NCBI RefSeq assembly: GCF_035594765.1
Contig: NC_085842.1
Coordinates: 21,614,782-21,678,781 of the forward strand
Direction of reading: 5' to 3'
Length of the DNA stretch: 64,000 nucleotides
Source of the DNA: Anolis carolinensis
Taxonomy: Eukaryota
Of this stretch, positions 36,566 to 49,022 are shown piece after piece (positions within the stretch are counted from its first letter, which is position 1; each line of letters opens with the position of its first letter). Position numbers and translations under genes: made by a program. A model generated the notes under the pieces. The model ran no database searches, had not been told where the DNA came from, and saw nothing but the letters and a program-made list of their open reading frames with translations.

Positions 36566-37219
36566 CAGGGCCGGCCCCACCATAAAGGCCAGTGACGCCG
36601 CCGCCTCGGGCGCAGGTCCCAGGGGGCGCCGTCAGGCTGGGAGGGAGGCGGGGCACCGCTCTGACGGTGCCCCGCCGCCCGACCAGTGCGCCCTGGCCTT
36701 GTGGCTCCCTCTTTCGCCGCCCGGGGAGGGGAGGAGGGACCGCCTCCTCCCCTCCCCGGGCGGCGAAGCCTGCTTCTTTCGCCGCCCGGGGAGGGGAGGA
36801 GGGATCGCCTCCTCCCCTCCCCGGGGGGCGAAGCCTGCTTCTTTCGCCGCCCGGGGAGGGGAGGAGGGATCGCCTCCTTCCCTCCCCGAGCGGCGAAGCC
36901 GGCTTCTTTCGCCGCCCGGGGAGGGGAGGAGGCGATCCCTCCTCCCCTCCCCGGGCGGCGAAGCCTCCCTCTTTCCAACCCTGGCCGCGCCTCCCACGCT
37001 GCGTGGGAGGCGGGGCCAGGGCGAATAGCATGGGAGGCGGGGCCAACCCTGGCCCCGCCTTCCACCCAGCGTGCCCTGGCCCCGCCTCCCACGCAGCGCG
37101 GGAGGCGGGGCCAGGGCACGCTGGTTGGGAGGCGGGGCCAGGGCGCAGGAGGCGGGGCCGGCGGGGGGCGCTTTTCAGCGCCCCCGCTTAATATTTAAAT
37201 TTATCTCCGACCGGCCCTG
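36566..37219. mobile_element. GC-rich hAT MITE inserted in the R4 RT
   Basis: TIR cagggccgg/ccggccctg with a perfect 8-bp TSD cctggacg. Removing it restores KCLDAIG. Confidence 0.9.
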
Positions 37220-37396
37220 CCTGGACGCCATCGGGATTTGTAAAACCGTTGGCACCTTCATTGAAAACATGATGGAGCACTGGAAAACTGAACTGTTTGT
37301 TGGAAATGAAAGCTATGGACTTGTCAACATCAGGAGAGGAATTTTCCAAGGAGATTCATTATCCCCTCTGCTTTTCATTATTGCCATGATCCCTCT

Positions 37397-37651
37397 AGAA
37401 TCATAGAATCATAGAATCATAGAATAGTAGAGTTGGAAGAGACCTCAAGGGCCATCTAGTCCAACCCCCCGCTAAGAAGCAGGAAATCGCATTCAAAGCA
37501 CCCCCGACAGATGGCCATCCAGCCTCTGCTTAAAAGCCTCCAAAGAAGGAGCCTCCACCACGGCCCGGGGGAGAGAGTTCCACTGCCGAACAGCCCTCAC
37601 AGTGAGGAAGTTCTTCCTGATGTTCAGGTGGAATCTCCTTTCCTGTAGTTT
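37397..37651 (-). mobile_element. CR1 3' fragment inserted in the R4 RT
   Basis: (ATTCTATG)n tail, TSD-like cctct. Removing it restores AMIPLSTIL. Confidence 0.88.
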
Positions 37652-39266
37652 CCTCTGTCAACAATCTTACAAAAAACAAATCTCGGCTATCAAACATCTA
37701 AGAATTCTCACAAAATTTCACATTTGATGTACATGGATGACCTGAAGCTATATGGGAAAACGAAAACTGAAATCCAGTCTCTGACCAACACTGTCCGAAT
37801 TTTTAGCACTGATATCAACATGGAGTTTGGTTTGGACAAATGTTCGACAGTGGCATTGAAGAAGGGAAAAATCATTGAAAGTGAGGGCATAAATATGCCC
37901 AATGGCCAAACAATAAAGTGTCACCAGCCAGAGGCCTATAAATATCTGGGCATACTACAGCTGGACAACATCAAGCATGAACATGTGAAAACTGTGGTCA
38001 GCAAAGAATACACACAAAGGGTCAGAAAAATTCTCAAAAGCAAGCTCAATGGAGGCAACACCATCAAGGCCATAAACACCTGGGCCATATCTGTCATAAG
38101 ATATACTGCTGGCATTATAAATTGGACACAGGTGGAACTGGACAATTTGGACAGAAAAACAAGAAAACTCATGACTATTCAGCATTCCCTGCACCCTCGC
38201 AGTGATGTTGACCGGCTATATCTGCCTAGAAGATCAGGGGCAGAGGACTCTTACAAGTAAAACAAGCAGTCAAAGAAGAAGAACATGCCCTGGCAGAATA
38301 TGTCAAGCAAAGTGAAGAACCTGCTTTGATTGAAGTCAAAAATCAGAAACTCCTCAAAACACAGCAGACAAAAAACCAGTACAAGAAAACCGCACTACAA
38401 ACTAGAGCTGACAGCTGGCACAACAAAACACTGCATGGAAAGTTCCTTGACAAAATTGAAGGAAAAGCTGATAAGGAGAAGACCTGGCTCTGGCTCATGA
38501 ATGGGACCCTGAAGAAGGAGACAGAAGGCCTGATCCTTGCAGCCCAGGAGCAAGCCATCAGAACAAATGCAATTAAGGCCAAGATTGAAAAATCAGCTGA
38601 TGACCCAAAATGCAGACTGTGCAAGGAAACCGATGAAACCATTGATCATATCCTCAGCTGCTGTAAGAAAATCGCACAGACAGACTACAAACAGAGGCAC
38701 AACTATGTGGGCCAAATGATTCATTGGAACTTATGCCTCAAGTACCACCTCCCAGCAGCAAAGAACTGGTGGGATCACAAACCTGCAAAAGTATTGGAAA
38801 ATGAGCACGCAAAGATACTGTGGGACTTCCGAATCCAGACTGACAAAGTTCTGGAACACAACACACCAGACATCACAGTTGTGGAAAAGAACAAGGTTTG
38901 GATCATTGATGTTGCCATCCCAGGTGACAGTCGCATTGACAAAAAACAACAGGAAAAACTCAGCCGCTATCAGGACCTCAAGATTGAACTTCAAAGACTC
39001 TGGCAGAAACCAGTACAGGTGGTCCCAGTGGTGATGGGCACACTGGGTGCCGTGCCAAAAGATCTCAGCCGGCATTTGGAAACAATAGACATTGACAAAA
39101 TCACAATCTGCCAACTGCAAAAGGCCACCCTACTGGGATCTGCACACATCATCAGAAAATACATCACACAGTCCTAGACACTTGGGAAGTGTTCGACTTG
39201 TGGTTTTGCGAAACGAAATCCAGCATATCTATCTTGTTTGCTGTGTCATACAACGTCGTTGTGTTG

Positions 39267-39300
<34 letters not shown>

Positions 39301-39302
<2 letters not shown>

Positions 39303-40430
39303 TGGTGCCGTGAGATCTTTTGGCACTGGGTGCCTGAGATCTTTTGGCACTGGGTGCCGTGCCAAAAGATCTCAGCCGGCATTTGGAAACAATAGACATT
39401 GACAAAATTACGATCTGCCAGCTGCAAAAGGCCACCCTGCTAGGATCTGTGCGCATCATCCGAAAATACATCACGCAGTCCTAGACACTTGGGAAGTGTT
39501 TGACTTGTGATTTTGTGATATGAAATCCAGCATATCTATCTTGTTTGCTGTGTCATAATAAAATAATAATAATAATAATGGAAAGTTTCTTGACAAAATT
39601 GAAGGAAAAGCTGATAAGGAGAAGACCTGGCTCTCGCTCACAAATGGGATCCTGAAGAAGGAGACAGAAGGCCTGATCCTTGCAGCCCAGGAGCAAGCCA
39701 TCAGAGCAAAGGCAATTAAGGCCAAGATCGAAAAATCAGCTGATGACCCAAAATGCAGACTGTGCAAGGAAACCGACGGAACCATTAATCATATCCTCAG
39801 CTGCTGTAAGAAAATTGCACAGACAGACTACAAACAGAGGCACAACTATGTGGCCCAAATGATTCATTGGAACTTATGCCTCAAGTACCACCTGCCAGCT
39901 GTAAAGAACTGGTGGGATCACAAACCTGCAAAAGTATTGGAAAATGAGCACGCAAAGATACTGTGGGACTTCCGAATCCAGACTGACAAAGTTCTGGAAC
40001 ACAACACACCAGACCTCACAGTTGTGGAAAGGAAAAAGTTTTGGATCATTGATGTTGCCATCCCAGGTGACAGTCGCATTGACGAAAAACAACAGGAAAA
40101 ACCCAGCCGCTATCAGGACCTCAAGACTGAACTTCAAAGACTCTGGCAGAAACCAATGCAGGTGGTCCCGGTGGTGATGGGCACACTGGGTGCCATGCCA
40201 AAAGATCTCAGCTGGCATTTGGAAACAATAGACATTGACAAAATTACGATCTACCAACTGCAAAAGGCCACCCTACTGGGATCTGCGTGCATCATCCGAA
40301 AATACATCACACAGTCCTAGACACTTGGGAAGTGTTTAACTTGTGATTTTGTGATACGAAATCCAGCATATCTATCTTGTTTGCTGTGTCATAATAAAAA
40401 CAATAATAATAATAACAATAATAATAATTA
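39301..40430 (+). mobile_element. Two further 5'-truncated R4/Dong copies in tandem
   Basis: 39301-39557 and 39578-40395 repeat the R4 3' end, each bounded by (AAT)n. Confidence 0.9.
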
Positions 40431-40614
40431 TATATCAATAACTAAAAACAATGATACAACAATCAAATAAAGTAATTGATTGAAACACAGCATACAATAA
40501 AATATATAATGACCAAGCAAATGAGGTAATGAAACAAACACTATGGATAAAAAGGGGTCGGGCATATGAAAATACACGATTTCAGGGCCTTTTAATAAAG
40601 TGCATGGACAAGTG

Positions 40615-41263
40615 TCAGTGACCCATCTAAGGTGGAATCAGGTGTCAAGCAGGGATGTGTAATTGCCCCAACCTCATTCTCCATGTTTATCGCTATGATA
40701 CTGCATGTTGCTGATGGGAAGCTTCCCACCGGAATGGAAATCATCTATTGGACAGATGGCAAGTTATTTAGCCTCAGCAGACTGAAAGCCAAAACCGAAG
40801 TCACAACATCTGTTATAGAACTCCAATATGCTGATGATAACGTAGTCTGTGCGCATTCAGAAGAAGACCCACAAGCCACACTAAATTCCTTTGCAGAAGC
40901 ATACGAGGAGCTCGGCCTCTCATTGGACATTGAGAAAACCAAAGTGCTCTTCCGGCAGTCACCAACCAATCTCTCTGCAATGCCAGAAATACAGCTTAAT
41001 GGTGTAACATTAGAAAATGCTGACCATTTCCGCTATCGTGGCAGCCACCTCTCCACAAAAGTCAAGATTGGCACCGAAATACAATGCTGTCTGAGCTCTG
41101 TGAGTGCAGCATTTTTTCAAATGAAGCAGAGCGTGTTTGAGGATCGGGACATTCATAGGGATACGAAAATGGTTGCTTATAAAGCTATTGTCCTCCCAAC
41201 CCTGTTACATTCCTGAGAAACGTGGACCGTCTGCAGACGTCACTCCCAACTCCTGGAATGATT
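40615..41263 (+). mobile_element. RTE-clade LINE RT fragment (resumes at 43814-43876 after the Vingi)
   Basis: SGVKQGCVIAP...ELQYADD...KTKVL...AYKAIVLPTLL. Confidence 0.88.
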
Positions 41264-43805
41264 TATTTATTTATTTCATGTCAAAAGCACTGTATAACAA
41301 ATACATTTTTAAATGATGAAAAAAATAGAGGAAATCACAAACAACTAAATAGTTTTAGACCAGAAACGGGCAACAGCAACCGCATTGTCCATAGCTTTAA
41401 ACAACTCCTCCTCCGTGCATGAGGCAGGACATTGTGGGCAAGCATACATATGCTGAGTTGTTTGTTCTGCTCCACAGTCGCACAAGGTGGAGGATTCCTC
41501 CAGGTAGTGCCACCGTGCCAAGTTGTCTTTTGATCTGCCCACTCCACTTCTGAGTCTGTTCAGGGACTTCCAAGTTGCCCATTCTTGGTTTGCCCCTGGA
41601 GGAAGACCCTCATGAGGGGCCATCCAGTTGGAATTGCCAGGTTTAGCTGCCCAGAGAGACACCCTTGCTGTTGCTGGAGGGACATCAAGAGGAGTGGTGG
41701 TTCTCATGAAGCCCTTCCTTGATTTGAGTCTGGTGGGAGGAGGGTGATAGTCATGCAGTGGGTGGCTTTCACAATGTTCGACCTTTTTTCTCTCACCGTT
41801 AGCAGCAACTTCCTGTCGCACGTCAGGAGGGGCAATGCCAGCTAACTTGTAGAGTTTATCAACAGGTGTAGGTTTAAAGCATCCTGTGATTATTCTGCAT
41901 GTTTCATTTAGTACTATGTCCACTTGCTTTGCATGGGCAGACTTTTGCCAGACAGGACAGGCGTACTCTGCAGTTGAGAAAGACAAGGCCAGGGCTGATG
42001 TTCTTATTACTTGTGGGTCTGCTCCCCATGCGAAGCCAGTCAGTTTCCGCAGGATGTTGTTGCGTGCAGCTACTTTGTGCTTGGTGTTCATGCAATGTTT
42101 CCTATATGTTAATGTTCGATCTAAGGTGACACCAAGGTATTTAGGATGGAAACAGTGTTTGAGCTCTTGGCCTTCCCAAGTAACTTTCAGTTTCCTGTTG
42201 GCTTCACGGTTACGTAGGTGGAAAGCACACACTTGTGTCTTGGCAGGGTTAGGCTTCAGGTGGTTCTCTTTGTAGTAGCTGGAGAGATCTTTCAAGGCAT
42301 TAGTGAGTTGGTTTTCAACTGTTTCAAAATCTTTCGCTTGTGTTGTAAGGCCAAGGTCATCAGCATATATAAAGCTCTTTGTGAGTGGTGGTAGTGGCTG
42401 ATCGTTCGTGAAGATGTTAAATAAGGTCGGTGCAAGAACGCTGCCTTGGGGTAAACCATTCTTTTGCCTCATCCATCTGCTTTTCCGGCCCTGAAACTCC
42501 ACATAGAAGCTGCGGTTTTCCAGGAGGATCTGGATAGTTTTTGTAAAGTCAAAGTCCCGGGTAATATGATAGACTTTATGCAGCATTTTTCTATGTTGCA
42601 CCGTGTCATAGGCTGCCGTAAGGTCCACAAAGACTGTTCCCGTAATGCAGCCTTTCTCGTAGCCTTCCTCGATATGTTCAGTCAGATGAAGAATTTGACC
42701 TGTACAGTTTTTCCCTGGTCTGAAACCTGCTTGTTGTGCAATAAGCTTGGGTTCGATAACAGGTCCTAGTCGATTTAATAGCATCCTCTCATAGACTTTA
42801 TATAGATGACATAAGAGGGAGATTGGTCGGTAGTTCCTGGCATTGGAGGCATCTTTACCAGGTTTTAAGATGGCAATGATCTTAGTTTTCCTCCATGCTC
42901 TGGGAATCTGTTTGTGTGCCAGGAATTGATTGTAGAATTTCAAAAGCCAGTTTTCAGCTTTGGCCCCCAAGTGCTTGATTTGCTCCATCATCAGGTCATC
43001 TAGGCCAGGTGCTTTACCAATCTTACATTGCTTGATGGCTTCTCTGAGTTCTTTCAGGTTTAGAGGAGAAGACAACTGGTGGGTTTCAAGTTCTGGCACC
43101 CTGTTGATTTTCATCTTTACTCTGCTGCAGTTAGTTTTCCCATTCTGAATTAGCTGGTGAGCTATCTGGTCTGGCGTCACGTTTGCGTGTCCATGGTTGA
43201 CCAGAGGGTCACTATCCAGGCGTCTCAGCAGTTGCCAGGCTTTTCGGCTACTCTTGGACATGTCCAGGTTCTCAAGCAGCTCTATCCAACGGTCTTTCTT
43301 AGCATTAGCTAAGGCTGTAGATAGGTTTTGGCCTGCTGCTATAGTCCCATCACTGGAAATCAGCCCCATGTGGTTTATAGAGTGATGATACGAAGCAACT
43401 ATCAAGTTCTACAGATAAGATTTCAATATTGTTCTCTTCTGTGAGAGATTGCTACACCAGATCGTACAAAAATGCCACTGCCATATTGTCTGTGAGGTCG
43501 TTCCACTGCCAGTAGCATTCCAAGAATTTTTGGTCTTCTCATTGTCATGTCTCTGTGTGTTTCCTGTATACATAGGATGTCACACGAAATGTCCTCAGAC
43601 ATTTTGGCTAATAGTTCTTCCTTAGCAAGTGACAAACCTTCTATATTAATAGACATAATCGTTAGCAATGGTCTTGATAAAGACCTTTGGTATTCATCCA
43701 TTCATCCAATGCTTTTGGGGTGGAAAGATTGGCCGCTTACAAGAAACGTTGCCCAGGGGACGCCCGACTGAATTTACTCAATCTTCGAGGAGGCTCTTTC
43801 CGTGT
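41264..43805 (-). mobile_element. Vingi (Ingi-group) LINE, internally deleted in the endonuclease
   Basis: APE N-terminus (SINIEG..DILCIQETH), RT ORF of 686 aa (NYRPISLL, GLPQGSVLAP, IYADD), C-terminal CDCG..QTTQH..CP, (AAAT)n tail, TSD aatgatt. Confidence 0.9.
43722..43805 (-). ncRNA. HDV-like ribozyme fold at the Vingi 5' end (5' P1 strand truncated)
   Basis: ac-ac-GGAAAGA(P2)-GCC(P3)-TCCTCG..-GGC-GTCCCCT(P1')-GG-GCAAC...GGC-CAA-TCTTTCC(P2'). Confidence 0.65.
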
Positions 43806-43876
43806 AATCTTTCAATGATTACAGCAGTGTTTCCTCCAAAAAGCTCTGCAAAATTCTTGGGAAGACAGGTGGACCT

Positions 43877-45390
43877 GTCAAATGGGGAGGGAGAGCTTAT
43901 ACCCCAGAGAACAGGATCAGAATCCAAAAGCACTGTTATACCCCAGCCACCTTTGGGTTCTGAACCTGATGCAGAAATGAACTTTGACCAGGATGAAGCT
44001 TATTCTGACCTTTTGCCCAGTTCTCCGAGCTACTTCCAATTACAGACCCCAGCTGTGGATAGCTCCAATGCTTCTGTTCCGTTCCCCAGAGGTTTGCTTT
44101 GCATTTTTTATAGTTGTATGCACCTGTTTGCATTCTGCAGCAGTCTGATAGTTAGGATATTAGCAGAGTTTATAGCCAGTTTGCAAAGCCTTGCTGCTAT
44201 AGGCTTGAAATGTATCATTTTGTTCTGGAGACCGCCCCTTTTCCTGGGGAAGGAAGGCTCCATTTTGAGAAGCCTATTCTGCCTTCTAGACTGAAGGAGA
44301 AACATCATAGATGTGCTTGTGTGGCCAAGCCAGGCCAACTCTGAAAAGGCCATTGTAAATACAAACAATTGACCTGCTTTTAAAACCAGTGCCAAGCATA
44401 GATAAGGGAAAGACCTGTTCTTTCTAATAGCTTTGGAACTGGGGCAGAGAACATCTTCGGATTTCTTTGCCACTGGAGGAAGCCCTACCAACTTCGCCTC
44501 AAAAACTAGCTTTGAGCTCAGATAGTTATAGATCTTTTGATAGCAGCTCAGAGCTAGGGTGAAGAGGATCTTAGGACCTCTTTGCCTTTGGTGGAAGTTA
44601 GCCCAGCAACCTAAAGGGAAAAAGCAAGCAAGGAACATCTGCAAGGTTTTATAAGTGGACTGTTTTTGTTTGCAACTTTAATTACAAGTGCCAAGTCTGC
44701 AAAGGACTTTGTGAAAATAAAATTTTGTTGAATTGTTCTACTTGAAGTGCCTTTGGTTACTGGGATTTCCAGAGCTTCTTAGTAAGGCCCCGCAGTTCAC
44801 CTGGGCAAAGGAAGAAGCACATCCTAAAGTGTTAAAAGGTGCCTGGGCATGACGGCATAGCTTCCTTAATTGGGAGAGATACTGAAAACATTACTCCCGT
44901 GGTAGAACCAGATGTCCCGAGTTCCCCAGGGAATGTATCCTTTAACAGAAGGGAGTTTTTGCATCACCAGAGATCAGAGAAACAGGAGCTTTGAAGGAGT
45001 CAACGTTTGGCATCTAGAGGGGATAATGGATAGGAGATTTCCTTGGGAACCTTTGGGGAGTTGGTTTCCCTTCGCTGTGATTAGATCTAAGTTCCATAAA
45101 AGTGTCTTACACTGTGAACAATTTGTGGTGTCAACGTAGCGACTTCTGAGAACACTTCACTGCTTCCAGTTTCCTGATTTCACCAAGCCAAGTGTCCTGT
45201 TCCAAGCTGCGACTCCCGATTTAATCCGGAGTAAATTCACGTCCTTGCCTTGTTCCTGAATCCAGATTGCTTTTAGCTTCGTCTTCTGCCTGCCTTGATA
45301 TCCAAGTCTTCCTAGTGACTTTGGACCTTGTTATTCACTCCTGCTTTCTTGTTGTTTTTCCCCGCTCAAGAACTTCCCAACAGTTTTGAG
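43877..45390 (+). mobile_element. Decayed LTR sequences (probably two, junction near 44855)
   Basis: Starts TGTCA where the RTE sequence stops, with aataaa at ~44716. The second part has the ccttgccttg-rich region and the peptide motif shared with 22853 and 58138. Confidence 0.5.
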
Positions 45391-45449
45391 CGTTGTTGTA
45401 TGTCTTTCGGGCTGTGTGACCATGTTCCAGAAGTATTCTCTCCTGACGT

Positions 45450-45890
45450 TGTACATGGAAATATCGGTAGTAATAAAAAATCTTGATAGGATTCACAGTT
45501 TGTCTGGTTATGCTGGTTTATGATGACAACTACTGTACAGTATATAATAAATGTTCATTTTTTTGGTTCAACAATAAATGTGAATTCTTCTTCACGGAAA
45601 AATAAGACATCCCCTGAAAATAAGACCTAGAGCATCTTTGGGAGCAAAAATTAATATAAGACACTGTCTTATTTTTGGGGAAACACAGTACCATTATTTC
45701 CATGTACAATACTCTGTGGTATGTACATTTACCGATCCTGCATGCTCTGGTGTTCTGTTTGGCAGGCATGCTTCCAAACACAAACTTTGCTAGGTCTTAC
45801 TTTTGGGGGAGGCCTTATATTTAGCAATTCATCAAAACCTCTGCTAGGTCTTATTTTCTGGGGATGTCTTATTTTAGGGGAAACAGGGTA
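45450..45890. mobile_element. Tc1/mariner-pogo type non-autonomous DNA transposon remnant
   Basis: Repeated aaaataagac sub-terminal motifs and terminus ggggaaacaggg-TA. Confidence 0.55.
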
Positions 45891-45949
45891 CTACACTTAG
45901 TCAGAAAAAAAAATGAAATTCACAGATGTAGAGTGGGTGAACACCTGGA

Positions 45950-46160
45950 AAGAAGATGGAAAGGAAGCCATAGGCAAATGAGAAGCGTGGCTGGGCTGCA
46001 GGCTGGGAAGGGTTAATATCCCTGAAAGTGGGAGGAATTGGAGAAGGAGGCGGAGAAGTCCAGAGAGAAGGAAGGAAGGAAGAAGGAAGGAAGGAAGGCC
46101 TCTCTTTCCTTTGAGCCTTGGAGGGAATTTCTCTTTGCACCAAACGGGCTGAACCACGAG
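45950..46160 (+). promoter_or_regulatory. Putative first non-coding exon of gene 3
   Basis: Unique purine-rich sequence ending in a strong donor GAG|gtgagc at 46160. A matching acceptor tttgacag lies at 49125, upstream of the SCAN ATG. Confidence 0.45.
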
Positions 46161-46494
46161 GTGAGCCACAAAAAGGCCTGGAGAGGGGAGAGGCAGGGGG
46201 GTTTCTTTAAAAGGATCTAGGGCAAAGGGGGGAAGAGGGGCCTCTTCAGATCCCCCCCCCCCCAAAAATAAAGGACAGAGGCTTGCCCTTGGAAAGAGGG
46301 GGGCTGCTCTTTTCTGTGGGCTCCAACTCCCCTAATTTCCCAGGGAAAGGGACTCTGAAAGTTGCAAGAAAACACTCCTGGGAATTGCAGTCTCCCCCAA
46401 AGTTGCAGTCTCCCCCCCTTTTGGCTGGGGGATTCTGGGAGTTAGGGTTCATCCATATAGATGTGGTCCAACAAGCAAAATATCCATTAAAGCA

Positions 46495-47500
46495 TCCTGT
46501 GAGTTTTCTGGGCTGTATGGCCATGTCCCAGAAGCATTCTTACCTGACGTTTCGCCCACATCTATGGCAGGCATCCTCAGAGGTTGTGAGGCCTGTTGGA
46601 AACTAGGCACGGTGGGTTTATATATCTGCCAAGGGTGGGAGAAAGAACTCTTGACTGTTTGAGGCAACTGTGAATGTTGCAATTGGCCAGCTTGATTAGC
46701 ATTGAATAGCCATGCAGCTTCAAAGCCTAGCTGCTTTCTGCCTGGGGGAATCCTTTGTTGGGAGGTGTTAGCTGGCTCTGATTATTTTCTGTCTGGAATT
46801 CTCCTGTTTTTTATTTACTGTCCTGATTTTAGAGTTTTGTAATACTGGTAGCCAGATTTTGTTCCTTTTCATGGTTTCCTCCTTTCTGTTGGAATTGTCC
46901 ACATGTCTGTGGATTTCAGTGGCTTCTCTGTGTCTTCTGACATGGTGGTTGTGAGTGTGGTCCAGCATTTCTGTGTTCTCAGATAATATGCTGTGTCCAG
47001 GTTGGTTCCTCAGGTGCTCTGCTATGGCTGACTTCTCTGATTGAGTGGGTCTGCAGTGCCTTTCATGTTCCTTGATTTGTGTTTGGGCAATGCTACGTTT
47101 GGTGGTCTCTATGTAGGCTTGTCCACAGCTGAATGGAATATGGTAGACTCCTGCAGAGGTGAGAAGATCCCTCTTGTAATTTGTGTTTCTTCATCAGCCT
47201 CCCTAAACGGTCAGAAGTTCCCTTTTCCTCTGTGTGGATCTTTGTCTTTTCTCTCAAAAAGTCCAGTTTAGGTGGTTCAGGCAGGAAACAACCAGGCTTT
47301 GAAGCTGTCAGGCTATTCAATGCTAACCAAGTCAGCCAATTGCAACATTCACACTTGCCTCAGGCAGATAAGAGTTCTGTCTCCCACCCTGGACAGATAT
47401 AAACCCCACTAGATTAGTTTTCAATAGACCTCACAACCTCTGGGGATGCCTACCATAGATGTGGGTGAAACATCAGGAGAGAATGCTTCTGGAACATGGC
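46495..47500. mobile_element. Penelope fragment with inverted pseudo-LTRs
   Basis: Minus-strand GIY-YIG plus pLTR (intact hammerhead core at ~46543-46583), and a plus-strand pLTR at the right end. Confidence 0.82.
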
Positions 47501-47844
47501 CAGAAAGCCACTCATAGCAACCCTTCAAAAACTTTGTTTTTGCGGGACATCCCGCAGCACATTCTGCTATCGTTTTTCAATGAATATCTCATCGAGTCTC
47601 AACCAACTCAACACAGTTTCTGGCAGCTGCAAAATTGAAAGTTTCTGGAGTAGAACAACTACTGTACTTTCAAAGGAAGTACCGCACAATTAAACAAGAA
47701 AGAACAACAGGAACAGATTTTTTTTTGCCAAATTTTGTTACATACTGTAATATAATAATAATAATAATTTTATTACATACTTTTATTGTTATCATTATGC
47801 CATGGCAGTTCAAGTGATGTCAAACAGCGTTGATTCTACAATGC

Positions 47845-49022
47845 TTGCTCCCGCCGCCTTCACAATCGCGGTTGGTGGGGACAAGAGAAAGGTTTTCTCC
47901 ATTGTGGCCCCCCAGCTCTAAGAACTCTCTCCCCAGGGAGATTAGACAAGCCCCCACCCTTCTAATTTTTAGGAAGAGCCTGAAAACTTGGCTCTTCAAA
48001 CAGGCCCTTGGGGAGTGATTTTCACCCTTATGTTTAGGGCTTTTCCATTGATTAACAGCATCTCTGTTGCACTTCATTCCATTCCTTTGTTGGAATAGTT
48101 TTTGGTTTACCTCATCCCAAGCCCTCTCATGATACAGTAGAGTCTCACTTATCCAACATAAACAGGCCGGCAGAATGTTGGATAAGCGAATATGTTGGAT
48201 AATAAGGAGAGATTAAGAAAAAGCCTATTAAACATCAAAATAGGTTATGATTTTACAAATTAAGCACCAAAACATCATGTTATACAATAAATTTGACAGA
48301 AAAAGTAGTTCATTACACATTAATGCTATGTAGTATTTACTGTATTTATGAATTTAGCACCAAAATATCACGATGCATTGAAAAGATTGACTACAAAAAT
48401 GCATTGGATAATCCAGAACGTTGGATAAGTGAGACTCTACTGTAATACTTGCGGGTTACTTACATTCCCTATTATATACACTTTCTTCTGTCCCGGTTTG
48501 TTTTATGAGCTTCCCAGGTTTTTATCTAATGATGTTTTATTGTATATGTAATTTTAATATGTTTTACAGTCTTGTTTTTACATTGTCGTGTTTTTATATT
48601 GCTTGTAACTATTTGGGGTTGGCCCCATGTAAGCCGCCCCAAGTCCCTTCGGGGAGATGGAGGCGGGGTATAAAAATAAAATTATTATTATTATTATACA
48701 GTCAAGTCTCACTTATCCAACATAAACGGACTGGCAGAATGTTGGATAGGCGAATAAGTTGGATAATAAGGAGGCATTAAGGAAAAGCCTATTAAACATC
48801 AAGTTAGGTTATGATTTTACAAATTAAGCACCAAAACATCATGTTAGACAACAAATTTGGCAGAAAAAGTAGTTCAATATGCAGTAATGTTATGTTGTAA
48901 TTACTGTATTTACGAATTTAGCACCAAAATATCACGATATATTGAAAACATTGACTAAAAAAAATGGCTTGGATTATCCAGAGGCTTGGATAAACGAGGC
49001 TTGGATTAGTGAGACTCTACTG
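47845..49022 (+). mobile_element. L2 3' fragment with two Tc1/pogo MITEs (48135-48442, 48699-49022)
   Basis: VGTRERFSP..NSLPREIRQAPTLLIFRKSLKTWLFKQA, L2 tail, TIR/TA MITEs. Confidence 0.75.

Larger units (their letters stand above)
34693..39270 (+). mobile_element. Near full-length R4/Dong-clade non-LTR retrotransposon (RT, CCHC, restriction-like endonuclease), disrupted
   Basis: Single ORF in pieces: NYRPITCLP, WIDYKKAFDS, GIFQGDSLSP, YMDD, CRLC..ETIDHILSCC, NTPDI..IIDVAIP..KLSRYQDL. Frameshifts at about 35530 and 38240; (AAT)n tail. Confidence 0.93.

Noticed and set aside
36510-37406. Several overlapping Pro/Arg/Gly-rich ORFs
   Set aside because: They arise from the GC-rich tandem repeats of the hAT MITE.
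43668-44294. 208-aa ORF
   Set aside because: It spans Vingi antisense, RTE and LTR junctions, so it is a chance composite.
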